From: Marsupella aquatica
Taxonomy: Eukaryota; Plantae; Marchantiophyta
Assembly (NCBI GenBank): GCA_973895155.1
Contig: OZ316896.1
Coordinates: 20,714,152-20,778,151, forward strand
Reading direction: 5' to 3'
Length of the DNA stretch: 64,000 bases
The first letter of the stretch is position 1; each line of letters begins with the position of its first letter. A program made the translations under genes and the position numbers. The notes under the pieces are model-generated. The model did not search any database. It was not told where the DNA came from and saw nothing but the letters and a program-made list of their open reading frames with translations. Shown in pieces: positions 51,701 to 64,000 of this stretch.

Positions 51701-53379
51701 TGTCTCCGAATCCATTCGCTCGTCATATTTCTTTCTCTCTTTGGCAGTCATCTTCCTCTCGACCAACTGGATGCCTGCATATGGATTATTGCGAGTAGGC
51801 TGGCGTAACGGATTTCTCACTACATCATATGTTACTACCTCTGGCTCCTTGATAGGGGAATGCTCCCGTTCTCGTGTTGCCTGTGTTGCCGACCTCCTCC
51901 CGTGGCGTCGTATGTTTAGAGGCTCCTCGTCCTCCTCCACTTCCTCAAGTGGTGCAGTGATCTGCATCCGCTCCTGTATAGGCAACACTGGTGCAAAAGA
52001 CTGGCTTCTTGCATAACGGCAAAGCAATTGCAGATGGTACCCTAGTCTGGATACCGCTCCCTCCCCAATGCTCTGCTTCTCTTCGTTTAATGCCTTCTTT
52101 AACTGCATTAAGAGATAGCCGTTGTAGTCTCGGCTTGCATCGATATTCTCTACCAAAAATACCTGGGCTTTGCCGATTTCTGCTCTCGGCAAGGTACAAT
52201 GCAATGTGACTCTCAGGAAATCAATCAGCTGTCCTATATGTGGGTTGGTACATTGATTCCTGAAAAACCCATTCTTAGTGGAAGGCCCTGGAAATGACCT
52301 GAACTGGTCGTCCGGCAACGTCTTCCTCTGCTCCACCTTTGTTTTCCTTCCTGTTGGTAAAGCGAACACGGCTTCGATGAGCGCAGGAGTTAATTCGAAC
52401 ACCTTTCCATACAGCAGCGTTGTGTTGGAAGAAGCCTCCCAGCATCCCACGAAGTCCAACAGATCCTCATCCGGTATGTCTACCATTCTCCAGGGCAACC
52501 TGACAAAGCCCTCCAACCCAGTGTCATTCATATATCCTGCATATTTGTTCCACCCTGTCATGTTTTTATCTTCTACAGCCCGATCTCTAATTGGCCCGGA
52601 TTCCATCTTTGTTGGTCTCTCCGACCTAGTTCGCTTTGCTGGAGTTGCAGATGCCAAACCTCCCTTGCGCTTCATCTCTTCAGCGCCTGAATACTCCCCA
52701 AGAATAGCTGCCTTTGTCCACTTTGCAGTGTGACCCTTCAATTCCCAAAGTGGTTGCCCGACGTTCTTGATTGCCTCCCTGATCCCCACGACCTTATTCT
52801 CCCGAATTAGCAATTCGTCAAGCTCCGCACTGGTGGGTGTCCACGAGAACTTTTCCAATACCTCCTCCGTATCTACGAATGCCGATTTGTGAATTCCCCA
52901 CAATCGCGCAAGCTCTGCTCGTTCTCTGGCTGCGCGCTCCGGCTCAACGTCTTCATACGTAGGTATTAGTTGCCTTGCTTCTTCAAGCAAACAGCCCCAA
53001 AACTTCCCTGCCTGATTCACCGTGTTCATTCCACCGAATGCCAAGAACCCGCGCAATTTCTCAAACCACCTCCCCCGTTCGATCGGCAGCTGATTCCACC
53101 TCTCCAGGTTGATCGAACAAGCAATTGCACTAGTGTTCAGAGTGTCGGTCCCCTCCGTACGAAGCCGCCTCCTGATGGCTTGCGTGATCAAGCCCTGATT
53201 AGGTCATAACCCTAATCCCACTTAATCGCGACCGTTGGATCAGATCCCATCACAATTTCCCCCGAACATATTGAAATCGGCTTCGATCTTTATAACTCCC
53301 TAATTATATCTACCTAATCTTTATTTAGCCATTATTTTAGGCTTAACTAAGTACTTCGTGATCCTGGCACGGCATCACA
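48702..53379 (-). mobile_element. ~4.7-kb LTR-like (Ty3/gypsy-type) unit containing a long degraded ORF
   Basis: The minus strand starts TGTGATGCC (53379) and ends GGCTTGACA (48702), a TG...CA pair with a 7/9 terminal inverted match. A TATA-like ATAAAAA at 49493-49487 precedes an R/U5-like tract. No TSD (AAGTA vs CACCT), no PBS and no gag/pol. Confidence 0.5.
49744..53191 (-). pseudogene. TE-borne ~1150-codon ORF: bipartite NLS, PMD/plant-transposon-protein-like domain, long coiled coil
   Basis: The 530, 258 and 191 aa ORFs share one frame and are separated only by TAA (51599-51601) and TAG (50777-50779). The 114 aa ORF joins via a +1 G in the run at 50143-50146. Motifs MKRK-x10-KRTR and GLEGFVRLPW...LLDFV..W...GKVFELTP.LI..VFALP.G, plus a heptad-rich E/K/L region at ~50330-51040. 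Confidence 0.75.
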
Positions 53380-53479
53380 CACCTATACAAATTCCCCTTG
53401 TTATTCTTAAAAACTTAATTTTAGAGAATTAGTCACCTTCCCAAATACACACACAAGAAAGCAACTTAGCAAAGTTGCA

Positions 53480-54780
53480 CATCTTCCAATATGGGGTGAT
53501 AGGTGAAGCAAAAGAGAGGGGGGAGTAAGGGGGACAATAGAGGAGAGGGGGATGGCCGGGCAAGGTGGCAAGGGGATTAGGGAAGAGAGCACAAGGGTGA
53601 CTGGGCAGTGTGGGTTGTCGGGTCAAGAGAAGTGGCAAGGACAAGGACCCGGGACGAGGATACAGGGGGTTCCCAAAAGGGGGAGACCATGGGGGTGGAT
53701 AGGTGGGTAAACCCAAAGAGGGAGGGCAGCCTCTGGATGGTCAACATCGGACGGGAGGGCAGGGGGAAGGGGATCTCCAGGTAAAGGTGGGTTAAGAGGA
53801 ACCGGGGGGGACAGCAGGGGATAGAACAGATGGGGCCACGGGCTCACAGAGAGGGGGGTCATCAGGAAGTCACACCACCGATGAGGGGGCGGGGCGGCAA
53901 GGGGAACAGGAGGGCAACTGGGGGGTCAACCAAAGCCGTGATAACTGGAGAAGAAGGGGGCCTCGAAGGGAAGACAACATGATCAGACAAAAGGAAAGCA
54001 AAGGGACCCCGGCCGAGGAAGGGGGGCCAGGGATGGCTCATAAGGAAGGTCTGGAACAGGAGGCCTCGGTCATCGGGGAGAGGCTCCATAAATCATCCAT
54101 CAAGATCCTCCCCATGACACAGCCAAGGACAAGGGTGGACGGGGGACAATGGAGGGGATGAGGAGGGGGAGACAACTGCGCGCTTGCAGGCACACAAACG
54201 GTGGGAAGACATCACAAGAGCAAAACAACAGGAAAGGACGGAAAGGAACACGAGGGCACAGACATAAATGACAAGGAGGGGAAGCCAAAGAAGAATAACC
54301 TCAAACCGGAGAAGGATCCCCCCAAAAACACAGCAACAAGTCGCCCCGAGGTCCCCAACGCCAGGCAGCAACCCGGCCCCACGCAAGCCCAAACAGGACA
54401 CTGCCCGGACGGTAGAGCCAACCCGACCAACAACGTCCCCAAGAAATCTGGGTGCTACCAAGAGAGCCGCAGTGACAACCAGCCAGCAAAAACCAGAGCC
54501 TCAAGCCAACTTCACACACAGCCCATGGTCAGGCACCCACCCGCCAAAACCCGCCGCATGCAGCCCCAGGGCCAAAACCAGCTCACCAGAACCCACAGCA
54601 AAAGTGGACCCCCAACCCACCGGGTAGGTAACAGCGCGACACCAATGCAGCACAAAAGCCAAGGGCAGAAGGGTGGTGGCAAAGGAGGGCCAGCCACATG
54701 CGCAGCCACTCCCCCAAGCGAGTCTGAAGTCGAAGGGTTAGCCCCCGCTAACGACCTCCCCTCCACAAGGTCGGGGGCAT
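53480..54780 (-). mobile_element. Strongly strand-biased GC-rich block, probably a LINE 3'-UTR fragment
   Basis: The reverse complement resembles the L1 3' UTR at 45250-46800 in composition (T/C/G-rich, C tracts, a shared ACCCGG..TGGGTTGGG word). No poly(A) or TSD found. Confidence 0.35.
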
Positions 54781-55094
54781 TATTAACTCCTACAATAAAG
54801 GGTTGCACCATTTTTGAAGTGGTAGTCATTCAAATTTTCAGGGCACGAAAAATGAGAAATCCTGTTAGAGAGAAGGTATAATGCCAAAAATTGAATTTAG
54901 TTTAGTGTGAATGGAAAAGAGACACCATTGTTACAAAGCAGCTCATTTGCTCATAAATATATTACTCCAATATTTGGGGTGATTTTTTATATTTGATTTT
55001 TGTGTCATTTTCATTGCCAAAAATACAAAAATATAATGCTCAAAGACATAGTAAAGACATGGCATGGCGTTGATGACAAGGTGTTGAGCAAGGG

Positions 55095-55650
55095 GCACAC
55101 TTTTACTTGACAACATCTTTTTACTTTATGGTATTTTTCACATGACAACATTTTTGGCATCATACATTTTTTTTATTTCATGACATCTTTCACATAACAA
55201 CATCTTTGGCTAAACAATTTCTTTCTGTTAACGACGTCTTTGTATTTGACGATATCATTTACTTGATGAAATCTTTCACATGACCACATCTTTCACAAAA
55301 TGACTTTTTTTTCTTAACGATATGTTTTATTTGATGAAGTCTTTCATATAATGACATCTTTGGCAAAAACAACTTCTTATTTTTTAGTGATATTTTTTTA
55401 TTTAATAACATCTTTCATATAACCACATCTTTGACAAAATGATTTTTGCTTTTGTAACAACATCTTTTCACTTCACTTAACAACATCTTGGGCGTCACAA
55501 CTTCTTCTTTCTTAACGATATGTTTTTAGTTCACAACATTTTTTGCATAAAGATATCTTAGACATCTCACAACTTCTTCTTTCTTAACTACATTTTTTTA
55601 GTTCACAACATTTTTCACATAAAGATATCTTAGACATCACGACATCTGGA
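55095..55650. repeat. AT-rich degenerate tandem repeat array
   Basis: Many copies of (G/A)ACATCTTT..CA(C/T)AT(G/A)AC(A/C)ACATCTTTG. A near-perfect 71-bp pair begins at ~55496 and ~55567. Confidence 0.8.
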
Positions 55651-55948
55651 TATTAAACTAGTTAAATTATTAACCAAGCACGAGACTGAACCGGGCGCAA
55701 AGAGGTTTTAGTTTGGCAGCCAAAAAAATTGGTCGCTGCATCACCACGACCAAGCAGTGTATGGAAATATGTTTTCTCATGGAAACCACAATGTCTTCCC
55801 GAAATAGCAGCCATGGTGCTGAAAGCAGATGAATCGACAAAGTGAGAAGGACATGCCATCATTTAATAAAAGAAACCTCTCTATTATAAAACGTGGGAGT
55901 CTGTTCTTCAATCTATTAAAGTGGACTGATTCCCTGTGCCATTTACAG

Positions 55949-62468
<6,520 letters not shown>

Positions 62469-63508
62469 AGAATCGCCTAGTGGCCTTCTCTCGTAATATT
62501 TTTTAAATGCGGATTTTGTACTCTACACTCTCCAATCTGTTCCAATCCTTGTGAGCATCTTGTCTTCAGACTGACAGGATAGAGTAAGTGTATCTGTCTG
62601 AGTGCGCTGCTTATGTTTTGCCCTTTCCTTCTTGAAAGCTGTCGTTGATCTGGACCCAGAAGGGCGCATTGGATCATGGATGGCATTCGAACAGTTGTGT
62701 CCAAGCTTTGCACCACTTTCATACCAAGCTAGTGTTGACGTGACCGCTAATTGACACGAGTCGAACGAATTACTTGAGAATCGAGGACATGGGAATGCAT
62801 TTTGGTCAAGAAACATTTTGTCGTTGCTGTCTACTGTCATTTCGAGACGAGCTAGTTTTGAAAAAGATCAGCAGGGTGCCTCACGGCAGATGAGTACATG
62901 CCTCGTGTAAAACAACCAATTCCTAGCAAAGACTCCACGGGCGTCTATCTGAGATATTCAGGTCTACTGTAGTGAGTTGTAAAAACATTACACAATGCGC
63001 TAAGTGACCAACCTCAGATTCTCGACACTTGAAAGTTGGAAACTATAAAGTCGATCGAACCTTTACAGTAAATCATCGATTTCAAAATGGGAATGATACC
63101 CACATCGGTGCAGTCGGCATCGATTCTATGTGTGAGCCCAAGACGAAAGAAAGTAAACGAAATCGTTGAAAGGAAGCATTTTCTGGAAGATTGTTTTGGA
63201 CGACACTATTGCGAGACCTCTGAAGTCAGTCCTATTCATTACGTTATCTACATTTCATATCCCAAGGATGAGTCCTAAAAGCCATCCAAAAACTAAGGGA
63301 GCTCCAATCTTATCCCTTCGGCTCGGTCATACCATCGCCCTAAACAAGATACACGTATCGCTTTGCCAAGAAAGGAACTGGTGGCAAGCGACTGCAGACG
63401 CACAATTCACTCTTCGTCAACCCGCCAATTGCCTCCATTGCTCCCCGATACTCAGCTCGATGATTATCATACAGCAAAAACTATTACAATACACCTCGAC
63501 AGCATAAA

Positions 63509-63994
63509 CTATCTCCCGTGTTGACGCGCCTGTTCCTTGGCCATCTGATCTGCTAAATCATTCCATTCCGACTTCCAGTCTCTTCCATTCGTGTGCGCCA
63601 GGACATGTGTCCAGAAAATGCGTCGTTCACCTTGCTCCCTCAGCAACAACTTCAACAAATCACTGTTCAAAACGGGGGCTCCATCAGCTTTGACCCATCC
63701 TCGCGCTATCCATCCCGGAATCCATTCAGTCATGGAGCGGATGAGCAGCATGCTATCAGAGTAGATGTACAGCGGCTTAACTTTCGCCGGGTCCTCTACA
63801 TTGGCTCTCAACATCGCCTCAAGCGCAGCCCGATACTCAGCTCGATTGTTCGTCTGCGGCTCTCCAGCCAGCGGTCCAGCTCGATTCCAATCGGGGTTAT
63901 GAGGAAACACGCACGCCCAGCCAGCCCTTGAATTCGACCTCCCATTACTCAAGGCGCTGCCATCGGTAAAGGCCACGAATGTCGACGAATCCAT
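63509..63994 (-). CDS. Ribonuclease H1 (RNase HI catalytic domain, fungal/metazoan/oomycete-like type), intronless, >=161 aa
   Basis: Complete catalytic set FTDGS, TNNRAE, YSDS, HVLAHT, NDLADQMA, plus the basic-protrusion segment W..GW..RGW.KADG.PV.N.DL. The frame stays open to the window edge, so the true start may lie outside. Confidence 0.88.
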   Translation of the reverse strand: MDSSTFVAFTDGSALSNGRSNSRAGWACVFPHNPDWNRAGPLAGEPQTNNRAEYRAALEAMLRANVEDPAKVKPLYIYSDSMLLIRSMTEWIPGWIARGWVKADGAPVLNSDLLKLLLREQGERRIFWTHVLAHTNGRDWKSEWNDLADQMAKEQARQHGR

Positions 63995-64000
63995 GGGGTG

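Noticed and set aside
54093-54881. Overlapping ORFs of up to 226 aa on both strands
   Set aside because: A T-poor, GC-rich biased tract that lacks stops by composition; the translations are low-complexity.
55095-55650. Repeat arrays here and at 14780-14905 and 29940-30290 as possible CRISPR-like arrays
   Set aside because: Eukaryotic context, degenerate units, no unique constant-length spacers and no cas genes.

Overview
Eukaryotic nuclear DNA from a land plant; the intron style and repeat content are most like a bryophyte or liverwort, which is an inference. I reconstructed five host-type genes by hand. (1) An intronless cysteine synthase/OAS-TL pseudogene (minus, 4383-5506) with three lesions. 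(2) A 6-exon acyl-ACP thioesterase of the Fat family (minus, 17408-20596) whose C-terminus was replaced by a recent 38-bp tandem duplication. (3) An intact 12-exon RING+PHD gene of about 1411 aa, At4g10930-like (minus, 34073-42246). (4) A 5'-truncated, triply frameshifted organellar isoleucyl-tRNA synthetase pseudogene (plus, 55949-62468). (5) An intronless fungal/metazoan/oomycete-type RNase H1 ORF at the window end (minus, 63509-63994). The 43-55.7 kb interval is a mobile-element cluster. It holds a foldback hairpin, a decayed tyrosine-recombinase (Crypton-like) remnant, a 5'-truncated L1 with a 17-bp TSD, and a ~4.7-kb LTR-like unit that appears to carry one ~1150-codon ORF (NLS, plant-mobile-domain-like region, coiled coil) inside it. 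The best novelty candidates are the ORF-bearing LTR-like unit, the Crypton-like remnant in a plant, and the non-plant-type RNase H1. All family assignments come from recalled motifs, not database searches.
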